Positions 13,206 through 27,234 of a DNA stretch of 64,000 bases are shown here, piece by piece; within the stretch, counting starts at the first letter, position 1, and each line of letters starts with the position of its first letter. Source of the stretch: Okamejei kenojei. Taxonomy: Eukaryota. The position numbers and the translations under genes were made by a program. The stretch is taken from contig CM069141.1 of the NCBI GenBank assembly GCA_035221665.1, positions 47,492,001-47,556,000 of the forward strand, in the 5' to 3' direction. The notes beneath the pieces were generated by a model that worked only from the letters and a program-made list of their open reading frames with translations, had not been told where the DNA came from and did not search any database.

Positions 13206-13845
13206 AATATCTCCAAAAGGCAGTCCACAACATGCATTTGATCTCGTCTATCGTATATCCGATCGGAAAACTATAACTGTACTTTCCTATGCTTGCTTCA
13301 AAAACAAATGAGAACAGTTCCGTCAAATTCTGATCAGGTAAATCGACATGGAATGTTATGTATTTTCTCCCACTCGACAGATTTTCCTGTTGAGATTTTA
13401 AAGATTCAATAGATCTTGAGATGGTAACGTCTGGTCTCTCAAGTTGGATATGAACTTCCACGTGCGAAAGTAATCAGCGCTGAAATACATGCAATGTTCA
13501 CATTCTTGTACGATACAACATTAAAGATAAAGTTATCATTGTAAGAGTTGACTGTATCCGTTCGCATGGAAATGCAAAGCAGCAAATACTTCTGCCGTAC
13601 AATTAACGTACTTGAATATCAAATTTTAAGATGCACGAAATGTGCCGAACAACGGTGAACTACAGTGAATAGTTCTGTGCTATACTTAAATAAACGTTGT
13701 ACATTTCAGTTATTAAGTTACTTAATGAATATGATGCTGCCTTACATTAGAAATCGAAAAGTGCGGCAAGATGTACAACAAAACTAATTTGTAATTTGTA
13801 ATAACTTACCATATATCAACTTTCTCCAGCTTACTACAATCAAAC

Positions 13846-13960
13846 TCAGAAGGCCCCCGACCCGAAAAATCACCAATCCATGCCCTCCACAGATGCTCCC
13901 TGGCCCGCTGAGTTGCTCCAACACTTGAGGTCTTACTCAAACCGTCTGCAATTCCTTATG
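13846..13960 (+). mobile_element. Penelope-derived short element (half copy)
   Basis: cgacccgaaaaatcaccaatccatgccctccacagatgctccctggcccgctgagttgctccaacac. Confidence 0.65.
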
Positions 13961-14244
13961 TTTGCAATAAATCTAAAATCGGATAAAATTTTCCTCATCT
14001 CTTGTCAATTAGATGATATGGTCTTGAATGGATTTCTAATCCAACAATAACCTTTCAAATGCAGAAGCAAAGAACTAGAGATGCGTGATGATACCAATTT
14101 ATGTAGCTTTTACAGATTAAGCTGTGAAAAAACTCTTTAACAACTTGTCAGTTTCTTTTTTGAACTAAATTAAGGCGCATGTTGCAATCAAAAGCGCTTG
14201 GACAATGTGTTGGGAAGAAAGCCAAACTGCGCCTCCTTTTCAAG

Positions 14245-14302
14245 AGCAGCATCTCTGGGGGGAAAGGAAGGGCGATGTTTCGACTCCGGACCCTTCATCA
14301 GA
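14245..14302 (-). mobile_element. Penelope-derived fragment with degenerate hammerhead core
   Basis: Minus strand tCTGATGAagggtccggagtcGAAAcatc, about 90 bp upstream of the V2 promoter element. Confidence 0.55.
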
Positions 14303-14393
14303 AATAATATTCCTTAGTAGAGTTTGAAACTGCTTGGACAATTGGCTGAAAAGTTAGAATTTTATTATTTTACATGGTGAGTCATAGTCTCAG

Positions 14394-14435
14394 TGCAGTT
14401 ATAGGCTGAGACTCTTTGTGTCGCTGTCTACCAAT
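14394..14435 (+). promoter_or_regulatory. cPcdh promoter CSE / CTCF site of exon V2
   Basis: TGCAG-ttataggctga-GACTCTTTGTGTCGCTGTCTACCAAT. The 22-bp core starts 244 bp upstream of the ATG and is followed by a CCACCGCCCATCC box. Confidence 0.92.
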
Positions 14436-14657
14436 AAGGAGATGAAATGTAGCTGGTGATCCACCGCCCATCCCCCAATCCTCAGGAAAGAAAGCAGAAT
14501 GGCGGCGTGTGTACGATCACAGAACAAAACATCTCCATAGATTATCTTAAATTTTTCATCTTATTTTCTACATTGATTAACTTATTTCGGATGGGATCCA
14601 GAATATTACCAACCAGAACAGTTTCAGAGCGTTTATAAAATCCAACCTGCAAATGAA

Positions 14658-17111
14658 ATGTTACAACAAGGCATTTTCCGCGTGCTTAAAAAGTCGGCGA
14701 TATCATCCATCTTTTTGCTTTGTGCGTTGAATCTGGTTTCCGGGCAGATTCGTTACTCCATTCCCGAAGAACTGGAACACGGGGCCTTCGTGGGAAATAT
14801 CGCAGAAGATTTGGGTTTAAACACGGAGGAGCTATCACGGCGCAAATTCAGGCTTGTGTCGGTCGCGTCGATACAGTATTTGGATGTAAATCGCATGAAT
14901 GGGGTTTTATTTGTGAATGCAAGAATTGATAGAGAACAAATATGCGGCCAGCGAGTTAACTGTGTATTGGTCCTGGAAGCGGTAGCTGAAAGTCCCGTGG
15001 AACAGTACCGTGTGGAGATTCAGATTTTAGATGTAAATGATAATTCGCCCATCTTTCAGAACAAAGACATTCGTTTAGATGTTACAGAATCCACGCTGCC
15101 TGGAGCTCGCTTTCCGTTAGAGCCTGCGCACGACATAGATACGGTAAATAATTCTATTCGTACGTATCAGCTCTCGACAAATGAGCACTTTAGTTTAGAT
15201 ATACGAAGTCGTGGACAATGGAAATTACCCGAATTAATAATGAACAAATTGGTCGACCGAGAAATAAAATCGAGCTTTAATTTGTTGCTCACGGCTCTGG
15301 ACGGCGGATCACCAATAAGATCAGGTACGGCTCATATATCTATTACTATCTTGGATACCAACGATAATCCGCCAGTTTTTGACAAATCGGTATACACTGT
15401 TAGCGTGAAAGAAAACGTACCATTGGGTACTTTACTAATTAAGCTAAACGCTACTGATTTGGACGAGGGACAGAATGCAAAGATAATCTATCTCTTCAGC
15501 AGGTATAATGAACCAAAAATAACCGAAATATTTACGATTGATCCCAAATCTGGAGCAATGCACCTAAAGGAAACTTTGGATTTCGAAGAAGAAAGTGTGT
15601 ATGAGATTGATGTTGAAGCTAGGGATGGAAATGTGCAGCCGCTATCTACACGCTGCAGCGTGCGTGTGGAGATCACAGATGTCAATGACAACCCTCCTCT
15701 GTTGACTCTAAATTCTATTTCTGGCACAGTCAGTGAAGGTGATCCGAGTGGAACTTTAATCGCATTGATTAGCGTGACAGACCAGGATTCCAATAAAAAT
15801 GGATACATCGACTGCTCGATTTCATCCAATGTCCCTTTTGACTTGAAATCGTCCTTCAGCAATTCCTACAGACTTATCACAAGTGCACTACTGGATCGAG
15901 AAAGCACTGCTCAATATAGAATAACTGTTACTTGCAAAGATCGTGGGATCCCACCGTTATCTACCAGCCGGACAATTGTGGTAAATATCTCAGATATAAA
16001 TGATAACGCGCCGCGCTTTACGCAGCCTTCGTACACGGTCTATGTGACAGAAAATATTGAGCCTGGCAGCTACATTGGATCAGTGACTGCTTTGGATCTT
16101 GATATTAACAGGAATTCACAGCTGTCTTACTCTATTTTGGAAAATCAGATTCAATCAGTGCCATTGTCATCCTATCTCTATATCAACACAAATAATGGAA
16201 GTATATATTCGAAACGACCATTAGATTACGAGCAAATTAAAAGTTTTCAGTTTCACGTTCGAGTCCAAGATGCCGGATTACCGTCACTTTCGAGCGATGT
16301 TGTTGTGCATGTGATAGTCCTGGATCAGAACGACAATCCACCCTCCATAATATCATGGAAATCTAAGAGCAACGCTAGTTTGCGTGTGCCTCGAACTGCA
16401 AAACCAGGGCATTTGGTAATAAAAATATTTGCTACCGACGCAGATTCCGGTAAGAATGCACAACTGTCGTACCAACTGAACCAGGCTAGTGTCCCTGGTC
16501 TTTTTAAAGTTTCGCATAGTTCGGGAGAAGTAAGGAGTGTTCGGCATTTCAAAGATGGCGACGCGACCACACAAAGACTGATTGTGCAGGTGAAAGATAA
16601 TGGTTTTCCACCTCTTTCTGCTACTACCACCTTGACGTTGACATTAATTGACGAAGGTATATCCCATCAGCCTGACGTTACGGAACCTCGTCAAGATTTA
16701 AAGGAAACGCAGCAGTTGACTTTTTATATAATTATTTCCTTGGGAGCAACATCTTTTATCCTGTTGGTAGTTATCATTGTTTTGGTTGTTGCAATTTGCC
16801 CGATTGGGAACAGGACGGCTTCAGGCGATGCTTGCTCTTTTGCTAGCTGCTGCAGCACCAAAGAGTGGGAATGTCAGAATTCCAATGTCAACCTTCAAGT
16901 TACGCCGGATTTCCACATCGTTCCCAGTTTGCTTGAGGTTCGAGGCAACGGATCTCTTTCAGGAACGTGCCGTTATAAGATTCGATCCGCACCTGAATCT
17001 GGTGAAATGTTCTTCGCACCATTCAGTCCACATATCGCAATGGTTACTGGAAATGAGACGAGATATATGCTGCCGGATAGCCCAAGGTCGAGGAAGAGCT
17101 ATCCAGACCAG
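14658..17111 (+). CDS. Clustered protocadherin variable exon V2 (818 codons: signal peptide, 6 cadherin repeats, TM, variable cytoplasmic domain with alphaC2-like motif)
   Basis: Uninterrupted ORF with QIRYSIPEELEHG, CGQRVNC, repeated DxNDN, LDRE and DxD motifs, TM YIIISLGATSFILLVVIIVLVV. Donor CAG/GTGAGT at 17111/17112, phase 0. Confidence 0.95.
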
Positions 17112-19720
17112 GTGAGTGATATCCATAATGTGTCAAACGTGAATATTAAATCAAAATTGTCTCCAAGACAGAGATGGAAGTTGGCTTCCACACACCGACC
17201 CATTCTTTTGTACAACCGCCAGTTTCTGTATTTCAGTTAGATTTGCAATACCTGAAATTTCTTAAACGAGTACCTGCACAAAATATCTGACTTTCCGATC
17301 CACACATTGTAATTTGTTTCTTTACTGACGTGCAATAATCTGCGTCAACAAAAAAAATAATATTTGTGGAAGTTAATATTACAACTAACCCTGCCTCTCT
17401 GGTGCGCCTTTGAAGTGATGATGTCATTTTAACACTGGAACATCTTGGCAATGCAAAATAAATATTAATGAAGTTCATTTTCTTGCATGGAAGAGGAAAT
17501 TCAGAAGGAATTGAACCAGGCAATTCTGTATGTTTCATCATACAGAAAATTCACAATTTTCGCTGAGAGTGCAATAATTTCCCCTTGTTTCGAGGGTTAT
17601 CTAAATTATATTAGAAGCAGCTCAGAACATCCTGAGATAGCATTCGATCCGTTCTTAGTAACTGATTATTTTATAAATAAAATGCCGAATAATATTTATT
17701 TATTGTATAATATAGCTTTTAGTGGGCAAAATATCGCTATCAGATATAATGAGGGTGTATTGGTAACAAGATTTTGCTTCGCTTTTTGAAATCATTTTCA
17801 TTTCGTACCGTAAAATTAAAGTCTCAAATATCAAGGCGGAGTACAAAAAAAGGGAGCTGCAATTAGGATTAATGGTGATTAATGTAAACCATGTCATCAT
17901 ATTGCGTTGCAGGCTCTGATAATCCAATCATATAAAGGGAGAAATACTGGGAATGTACGCACAGGTTTATTTAGCATTTTCAGTTGTTGGTTATATATGG
18001 GATAATTTGGTGGTCCATTTTCTTGATTAAACATACATATAGTGCTATTTGATTCCTGCTACGCACTCGCCACTTTTCCGAACGCAGAGCATTTTGGGGC
18101 ACGTGAAGCCCGAACCAGTAATTGCGGTGATTCTGACGGGTAATACTCGCTCTGCGTCAGGCCTGCAGGAAACAAACTGTGAAAGCGAAGTTGTGGATAC
18201 TAATGTAGGGATATGCTATAATTGATGCATCAGGCATGTGGCGCATTGTTCATGCTGCACGAATCTTCGCACGTACTCTATCTTAGTTGAACGTGTGTTC
18301 TTTTTATACGCCAGCCTTTTGGTGAATTGGCAAATGAATCACTCTAACGTAAATGTTGATTGTCCTCTTGGGCACGTTTTAATAGTAGTGTACCAACTCC
18401 TCACCGGCCGGCACGGGGGAAATGTGGTCGATCATATTCTCTTAAGCCAACCGCTTTTTATAATTCTCTGCCTACATATCGGATAGCACAAAGCAGTCAC
18501 CAGTTGGAGGTCATCGTTCAGCACATCTGACCTGCATCGTATCTGATCAACTCAACACTGTCTCCAGTCAACCAGTACAAAGTCGATTGCAGCCGACACA
18601 TGCTTCCAAGAATCCTGGCCACAAATCCTGCCATGATCTCACCCGCAAATACCTATTCTAATCTTTGAACATAATTTGCATAATCTTTATCTGTTCTGGC
18701 ATAAACAACACTTGACAGATGGCATGAAATGTCTGCATTTTGAGTCAAAGGATGTTTCCCTCCATATTATTGTTGACACGGCACTCAGAATTCCTGTTCC
18801 ATTTTCAAGGCATGCTCCCATTACACTTCTCTCATCCATCGAAAGAATAGGGGTCCTCTTAATGTCAATATCCATATTGTAGGATCTGCATTGTAGAGAT
18901 CAGCGACTGTTTTATATGTAAGAAATAACTACAGGTGCTGGTTTAAATTGAAGGTAGACACAAATGCATCGATCGTACTCTCCTACAAATTCTAGCTGTT
19001 GACATAGCCGGACACATTTTAATCTCTCATCCTCTTTCACCCTTGTAAACTGGGGAGATATATCATTAAACTCTTTCACGTTGGCACCAAGGCGCGCAAA
19101 TATTTAATTAGTTAAATTATAATTTTACTTTCACTTTTTCAATTCCATTAACTGCTTCCCTTGCGTATAATGACTGCACTGTAGGAGAAAAGTCATACCG
19201 AGGGATTTATTTACTGGCTCTCACCTTTCTGTCTTTGAGATTGATCCTATGGTCCCTGCCTTTTATCGCCCAGCCCACTCCAACTCTTATCTATTTAGCA
19301 TGGCTTTTAATAGCATGTCATCTTCTGCACCGGCTATGGATAACCAGAAAAAACCTAAATGAATAACCTAAGTTTGAAATGTCTTCAACTTGCAAAATCA
19401 ATTTTGGGCTTTCTTTATTCGTATTTTGTTGCGTGATGTGCTGCCTATCCCAGAATGTATTTACCCTTTGCAGCGTATGACATCTGGCAGTTTATCATTC
19501 TTACTCCGTCTCTTTCCATCTTCATCTATCTCATTCTCTCCAGTCTCTTATCTCCTATCAACTCACCCCTACCCTCTCCGTCTATTTGGTTAATTTCATC
19601 TTTCTTGCCAAAATAATCTTCCGTAAAATTTCACCAGCGTCCCTTGTCCGCCACCACTATAATTGACATCAATCTCGTTCTCATGCTCTGCAGTCTACTG
19701 CAAACATGAAAGTCAATATA

Positions 19721-21440
19721 AAAGAGTCAAAAGAGTTTATTGTCATGTGTCCCTGACAGGACAATGAAATTATTTATTTGCATAGCACAAAAGAACATAG
19801 TAGGCATTGACTACAATTGTATACGTAAATACACACATTAATTAATAAATTAATAAAGTGCAAATAACAGATTGAGGGGTATTAATGTTCAGAGTTTTGT
19901 CCAAGCCAGGTTTAATAGTCTGATTGCTGTGGGGAAGTAGCTATTCCTGTACCGGGTCGTTGCAGTTCTCAGGCTCTTGTACCTTCTACCCGAAGGTAAA
20001 AGGGAGATGAGTGTGTGGCCATGGTGGTGTGGGTCCTTGATGATGCTGCCAGCCTTTTTGAGGCAGCGACTGTTGTAGATCCCCTCGGTGGAAGGAAGGT
20101 CAGAGCCAATGATGGACTGGGCAGTGTTTACTACTTTTTGTAGTCTTTTCCTCTCCAGGGCACTCAAGTTGCCGAACCAAGCCACGATGCAACTGGTCAG
20201 CAAGCTCTCTACTGTGCACCTGTAGAAGTTAGAGAGAGTCCTCCTTGACAGTCCAACTCTCCGTAATCTTCTCAGAAAGTAGAGGCGCTGATGAGCTTTC
20301 TTAATAATTGCATCTGTGTTCTCGGACCAGGAAAGATCTTCACAGATGTGCACGCCCAGGAATTTGAAGCTCTTGACCCTTTCAACCATCGACCCGTTGA
20401 TATAAACAGGACTGTGGGTCCCCATGCTACTCCTTCCAAAGTCCACAATCAGTTCCTTGGTTTTGCTGGTGTTGAGGGCCAGGTTATTGTGCTGGCACCA
20501 TATGGACAGTCGCTCGATCTCTGTTCTGTACTCCGACTCATCCCCATCAGTGATACGTCCCACAACAGTGGTGTCGTCAGCGAATTTGATGATGGAGTTT
20601 GCACTATGACCGGCTACACAGTCATGAGTATAGAGTGAGTACAGCAGGGGGCTGAGCACGCTGCCTTGAGGTGCTGATTGTTATCGAGTCTGACACATTT
20701 CCACCAATACGAACAGACTGTGGTCTGTGAATGAGGAAGTCGAGGATCCAATTGCAGAGGGATGAGCAGAGACCCAGTTCTGTGAGTTTGGTAACCAGCT
20801 TGGAGGAGATGATTGTGCTAAATGCCGAGCTGTAGTCAATGAATAACAGCCTGACATATGAGTTTTTGTTGTCCAAGTGGTCCAGAGTGGAGTAGAGGGC
20901 CAGCGAGATTGCATCCACCGTTGGTCTGTTGTGGCGGTAAGCGAACTGCAGTGGGTCCAGGTTTTTGTCGAGGTAGGAGTTGATTTGCGCCATGATCAAC
21001 CTCTCGAAGCACTTCATCACCACAGGTGTTAGTGTCACAGGTCGATAGTCATTGAGGCACATCACCTTCCTCTTCTTGGGCACCGGTATTATTGATGCCC
21101 TTTTGAGGCAGGTGGGAACGTCAGACCTCAGAAGTGACAGGTTGAAAATGTCCGTAAAAACTCCAGTCAGTTGGTCCGCAGAGGTTTTTAGAACACGACC
21201 AGGTATGCCATCAGGTCCAGACGCTTTTCGAGGGTTCACCCCTCTGAAGGATTTCCTGACGTCAGCCTCTGTGACTGAGACTGAAATACCATCGCAGCGA
21301 ATGGGGAACTCGGGAAGGCACATCCGTGTTCTCCCTATCAAAGCGTGCATAAAATGCATTGAGCTCTTCAGGGAGTGATGTATCGCCGACATCCGAGTTG
21401 CCTCCTGGTTTTGCCTTGTAGGAGGTGATTACATTCAGTC
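19721..21440 (-). mobile_element. Rex1/Babar-clade LINE, 5'-truncated, one frameshift near 20660
   Basis: [74 protein letters not shown]. 3' UTR ends gacacatgacaataaactc. Confidence 0.92.
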
Positions 21441-21854
21441 CCCACGGTACTGGACATGCCCACGGTACTCTCAATTCTTTCATATTTTCTGCAATACTAA
21501 TCTGTTCTAAGTTTTTAACGTTTAGCAATTTTGATAAAAAGATCATCAATCTTTAATATAATCATTGTTTTTCCGCTATTTAGAATTTTCAGCTATCATT
21601 GGAAGCAGTCAGTATTTTATTTGGCTTTTTCAAGAAGTACATGCTCCTAAAATGAGGGACGATTGTCGTTCACATCCGACCCCTCAGTTCTGCACAGGAC
21701 TTTTGAATAGTATTGCAGACCTTTGTATAAACGACTGTTACGGGTGCTTTTATCCTTATCTGCCTTGTTACTTTGCTTCAAACAGTTTGTAATAGTTTAA
21801 ATACAATTCGTCTATTGATTAGTTTTGCAATGATCCGGAAATAAATATGAGACC

Positions 21855-22056
21855 CAAGAAACTGCAGTGGTTGGAATCTTGAGCAAAATTAAAACAAAGT
21901 GCTGAAGGTGGGAGGCATCTGTGGAGGGAATGTATACAGGACGTTTCAAGTCCAGACCCATTCGGAGGTCTGAAGGGTTCGCTACTTAAAACGTCATCCC
22001 CCCCTTACCCTCCACGTGCGCTTCCTTCCCACTGAGTTACAGCAGCACTTTGCTTT
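21855..22056. mobile_element. Degenerate palindromic Penelope-derived element
   Basis: caaagtgctg ... cagcactttg arms with internal gacgtttc and aaaacgtc remnants. Confidence 0.55.
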
Positions 22057-22211
22057 TATACTCCTGAAATAAACAAAACATAACATCAATTTTAACAAAT
22101 TACCAGAGATTTCTAAAAGTTTTGACAGCCCTTTGACAACAGATCAGTGTCGACTCTTAAGCTTCACCAGTATACATTAAATCACCACTGGTTGCTTAAT
22201 GTACTCCCAAC

Positions 22212-24135
22212 TTAGTCACAGTCATAGATTAGTAGGAAACAGGCCCTTCGGCGCAACTCGCACACCCCGGCCTACAATGTCCTAGCCACCCTAGTCCCAC
22301 TTACTTGCACTTGATCCTTAACCCTCCAAACCTGTCTAATCCATGTACCCGTCCAACTGTTTCTTAAACGATGGGATAGTCCCATAAACCCAGAACCCTC
22401 TGTGTTAAAAAGTTACCTCTCGAATTCCTATTAAATCTTTTCTCCTTCACCTTGAACCTATGTCCTCTGGTCCTCGATTTCCCTTGTCCGGGTAAAGGAT
22501 TGTGCATCTACCCGATCAATTCATCTCATGATTTTGCATACCTCTATAAGATCTCCCCTCATACTCCTACGCTCCATGGAATAGAGACCCAGCCTAATCA
22601 ACCTCTCCCTATAGCTCACACCCTCTAGTCCCGGCAACATCCTCATAAATCTTATCTTAACCCTTTCAAGCTTGACAATATCGTTCCTATAACATGGTAC
22701 CCAGAACTGAACACAATACTCTAAATGCGGTCTTACCAACACCTTATACAACTGCAACATGACCTCCCAACTTCTTTACTCAATATTCTGACTGATGAAG
22801 GCCAAAGTGCCAAAAGCCTTTTTGACCACCTTATCTACATACGACTGGACCTTCATGGTACCATGCACTTGTATTCCTAGATACCTCTGCTCTACAACAC
22901 TACATAGAGGCCTAACATTACTGTGTAGGTCCTACCCCTGTTCGACGTCCCAAAATGCAGCACCTCACACTTCTCTGTATTAAGTTCCATCAACCATTCC
23001 TCCGCCCACCTGGCCAATCGATCCAGATCCTGCTGCAATTGTTCACAACCATCTGCAAAACCACTAACTTTTGTATCATCAGCAAACTTGCTAATCCTGC
23101 CCTGTATGTTCTCATCCAAATAATTGATGTAGATGACATACAGTAACAGGCCCAGAGCCGAACCCTGTGGCACACCACTAGTCACAGGCCTCCATTCTGA
23201 GAAGCAACCTTCCACTATCACCCTCTGCTTCCTTCCATGGAGGCAATTTGCTATCTATTCAGCTATCTTGGATCACATGAGATCTACCCTTCCAGAGGAG
23301 CCTACCATATGGCACCTTGTCCAACGCCTTACTAATGCCCATGTACACAACATCTACAGCTCTGCCTTCATCACCTTTTTTGCTCACGTCTTCACAAAAA
23401 ACAATGAGGTTTGTGAGGCGCGACCTCCCACGTACAAAACCATGTTCCCTGTCCCTAATTAGCCCTTGCCCATCCAAATGCCCGTATATCCTATCCCTCA
23501 GAATACTCCCCAGTAACTTACCAACTACAGATGTTAAGCTCACCACCCTATAGTTCCCAGCATTTTCCCTGCAGCCGTTCTTGAAAAGAGGCACTGCATT
23601 TACCACCCTCCACTACTCTGGCACCTCTCCTGTATTTAAGGACGACTCAGAAATTTCAACCAGGGCTCCCACAATTTCCCCTGTAGTTTCCCGCAATGTC
23701 CATCTGATCTGGCCCCGGAGATTTGTCTACCTTCAAACACGACAGTACCTCAGTACTTCCTCGACAGTAACCTTGACTGCTCTCATGACACTTCCAGCGA
23801 CTGCTCCAATTTCCTCCATCCTATTTTTTTTATTTACAGAGGAGAACGCGTTTATTCCTGAGAGGTCCCACTCTCTCTCCAGTTACCCTTTCCCCTTAAT
23901 GTATTTATAAAATCTTTTGCGATTGTCTTTTATGCTACCTCCCAGAGCTACAACTGGCCGCTTTTTGCCCTACTGATCTCCTTTCTTAGTTTTCTCCTTA
24001 GTTCCCGAAACACCTCCAGGGATGCACTTGATCTCGGCTGTCTATACTTGCCCCATGCGTCCTTTCTTTCTCAACCAATACCTCTCTATCCCTCGTCAGC
24101 CAAGCTTCCTTACGTTTGCCTGCTTTGCCTTTATG
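22212..24135 (-). mobile_element. CR1-type LINE, truncated and frameshifted
   Basis: Minus ORFs NYRVVSLTSVVGKLL, SGVPQGSALG, SKFADDTK, LYKVLVRPHLEYCVQFW; CR1 3' tail near 22220. Confidence 0.92.
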
Positions 24136-24199
24136 CTACAACAGCTCGCCTTATCGTTGATGACCTCGTGAAGTCGGATTGCGAAGTGTAGGCAATGGA

Positions 24200-24760
24200 A
24201 AACATGACCCTAATGGTAGTGATGTCAATGAGACAGGAATTCAACTTGACTGTGAAACTGAGGAAATAAGGTCCTGGGGTGCGATGATTCCCAAGCATCA
24301 AACATCAAACGTCATCAGCGGTGCTGGCCTTACCTGGCAGTGAACACTTCTAATATTTACATTTGAATTAATTTCCTTAATACAATTGTGGGTTCAATGC
24401 AGCGTTCATGTCAAGGCCAGTCACGTTCAACTATGTTCCCAACCTCATCGTTATCGCTTAGACTAAGGATGTAACGAACTCTGAAACTGAGTGATGTCAT
24501 AGTCCAAAACAAACCCTTGCATGTGAGTTATTTGTGCTCAAATACCAGCTTCTGACAATTTTTTTGAAGATGGAGGAGAGGCACTCGGAACAGAAAGTGA
24601 CGGAAGATGACCAAGCCTGATGATTGAAACTGAACATACATGTTCAGTTTCCACATTTTCAGGTGAATATCTTTATTGTCATAGTGGAGGAACTTGAATG
24701 GACCATGACTATCTCTGGAATGCAAATCCTTAGCACCATACTCTGAATTTTATCTCAGCC
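24200..24760 (-). mobile_element. Possible ancient RTE-type LINE RT remnant
   Basis: Minus-strand gctgatgacgtt (ADDV) and a QG-like region upstream; very degenerate. Confidence 0.35.
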
Positions 24761-24892
24761 AATGGACGCATCTTCATCGTTTGGGCTCAATAATTATGCT
24801 TCCCTCGAACAGTGCGTTCTATTATTGACTATATAAATATTATAGAAACTACAGTTGTGCAATTATTTCTTTATATAATATAACCTGTCCAC

Positions 24893-26576
24893 ATGTTAGT
24901 GATCAGGCTTAACGCGACTGATTTAGATCAGGGTAGCAATGGTGAGATCGTTTATTCATTTAGCAGCAACAATGAGCCCAAAATAACCGAATTATTTACC
25001 ATTAATCCGTTCTCAGGGGAAATTCATACAAAAGGAATTTTGGATTTTGAAAAATCAAATGTTTTTCTCATTCACGTGGAGGCTAAGGACAGAAGCACAC
25101 AACCGCTTTCGGAGCACTGTAACGTGCGGGTGGAGATTACAGATGTCAATGACAATGCTCCAGAGATGACACTAAATTCCATTTCCGATAGCATCAGAGA
25201 AGATGTTCCGACTGGAACTTTGATTGCGTTTGTCAGTGTAACAGATCGGGATTCCAATCAACAAGGAAACATTGATTGTCGTGTTTCGCCAAACCTCCCG
25301 TTTGATCTGAAATCTTCCTTTGTCAATTCTTACAGACTTGTCACAAGTGCATTACTGGACCGAGAAAGCGCTTCTCAATATATAATTACTGTGACATGTA
25401 AAGACCGTGGGTCCCCCCCACTATTTACCAATAGAACGATTATTGTCAATGTTTCTGACGTGAATGACAATGCGCCGCAATTTACGCAACATTCCTACAA
25501 GGTCTACGTGACCGAAAACAATGCACCGGGGAGTTACATCAGATCAGTGACTGCTTTAGATCCTGATACTGACCGAAATTCACGGCTGTCTTACACTATT
25601 TTGGACTACCAGGTTCAGTCAGTGCCAGTGTCATCCTATGTCTATATCAACCCCAATAATGGCAGCATTTACTCTAAAAGATCATTTGATTACGAACAAT
25701 TTAAGACGTTTCAGTTTCAGGTTCGAGCTGAGGATGCCGGATTACCATCACTTTTCAGCGAGGTGGCTGTGCAGGTGGTAGTTCTGGATCAAAACGACAA
25801 TCCACCTACCATACTTATCACCTGGAACAAAACGCAATACCAGTTTTCATGTGAGCCGCTCTGCAGATCCAGGATATTTGGTGACAAAAATCATTGCTTC
25901 CGACGCAGATTCTGGTAAAAATGCCCAGCTTTCCTATCATCTGAAACAGGCCAGTGTTCCGGGTCTTTTCACGGTTTCACATAGTTCTGGAGAAGTAAGG
26001 AGTGTTCGGCAGCTTATAGATAGCGACGCCACCACACAAAAGCTAATTATCCAAGTGAAAGACAATGGTTACCCGGTTCTTTCTGCTACGACCACTTTAA
26101 GCCTGACAGTAATTGAGGGACATGTAACCTATCAGCCGGACTTTATTGAGCCGCGTCAGGATTTCAAAGGCACGCAACAGTTAAGTGTTTATATAATAAT
26201 TTCTTTGGGAGCAACGTCTTTAATTCTGCTGGTGGTTATCATTGTGCTTGTAGTCGTAATTTGCCCTAGAGGCAACAATGCCGCTTCCGGTAGCGTTTGC
26301 ACCTTCGATAACTGTTGCTGCACCAGAAATTTGGAATATCAGAATGCAAATGTCAATCTGCAACTTGCTAGGGATTCCCACCTCCTTCCCGGTATACTTG
26401 AGGTGCGCGGCAATGGATCCTTTTCAGAATCCTACCGTTACAAAATTCGGTCAGCACCGGAGCCAGAGGAAATGTTTTTCACACCATTCAGTCCGCACAT
26501 ATCAGGAATTACCGGAATGGACGGCAGATATACGTTGCAGTATAAAGCAAAGTCGCAGAAGACCTGGTCAAATGAG
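24893..26576 (+). pseudogene. Clustered protocadherin variable exon V3, 5'-truncated (starts within EC3) and frameshifted
   Basis: Begins LVIRLNATDLD; lacks signal peptide, EC1, EC2 and CSE. +1 insertion near 25814 (restored frame NPPTILSPGTKRNTSFHVSRSA aligns with V2). Donor GAG/GTGAGC at 26576/26577. Confidence 0.9.
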
Positions 26577-27138
26577 GTGAGCCATGTGACGAAAATGTAA
26601 CGCGCAGATTTTACTTCCACATCTCGGAGTAAGACAGGTTTAGATTTCAAATGCCGACCTTCTATTGCAATGATACCCATTTCCTGCATGTTTGTACCAC
26701 TCTTTGTACCACTTCATATTTCTTTAGCGAATCTGTGGCCAGAGTCGCTGATTTGCGGGTTTACTCCTTGCGTTGTTGTCTAATTTGTTGCTCTTTAATT
26801 AACTGTATGATGAAAACTAAGTGAACGTCTGGACGTTGAACCTGTGCCCACCATTCTCATGCATTCGGCAATATTTCGATTGTGTAGATAAAGGTTTATT
26901 ATTACCACGAGTACCGAGGTGAAAAGCGGGGATTTGCATTGTGTCCAATCAAAGGAGATAATATATACATAAATATATCCAAGTCAAATCCAAGTACAAT
27001 AGGTAGCGCGAAGGGAATGATAAAGAGTGTAGAATGTAGTTCTCAGCATTATAGAGCATCAAGTCCAGATGGAAAGTGCAATATCCGCAATGAGGTAGAG
27101 AAGAATCAGTTTGCCCCATCTAATGGAAAGAGCGAAGA

Positions 27139-27234
27139 TAAACACAAACAGCTGTGGTAACTCAGTGAGACAGGCAGCATCTCTGAAGAGAAGGAATGTG
27201 TGACGTTTCGGGTCGAGACACTTTTTCAGACTGC
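27139..27234 (-). mobile_element. Penelope-derived half element
   Basis: gtaactcagtgagacaggcagcatctctg...tgacgtttcgggtcgagacactttttcagactg. Confidence 0.75.

Noticed and set aside
17112-17240. ORF-track C-termini beyond the GTGAGT motifs
   Set aside because: Most likely intron read-through, since the donor position and phase are conserved in all seven exons.
19889-21392. Two 256-aa RT ORFs as an active or domesticated reverse transcriptase
   Set aside because: A single 5'-truncated Rex LINE ORF split by a deletion at the PQG motif; no endonuclease domain.
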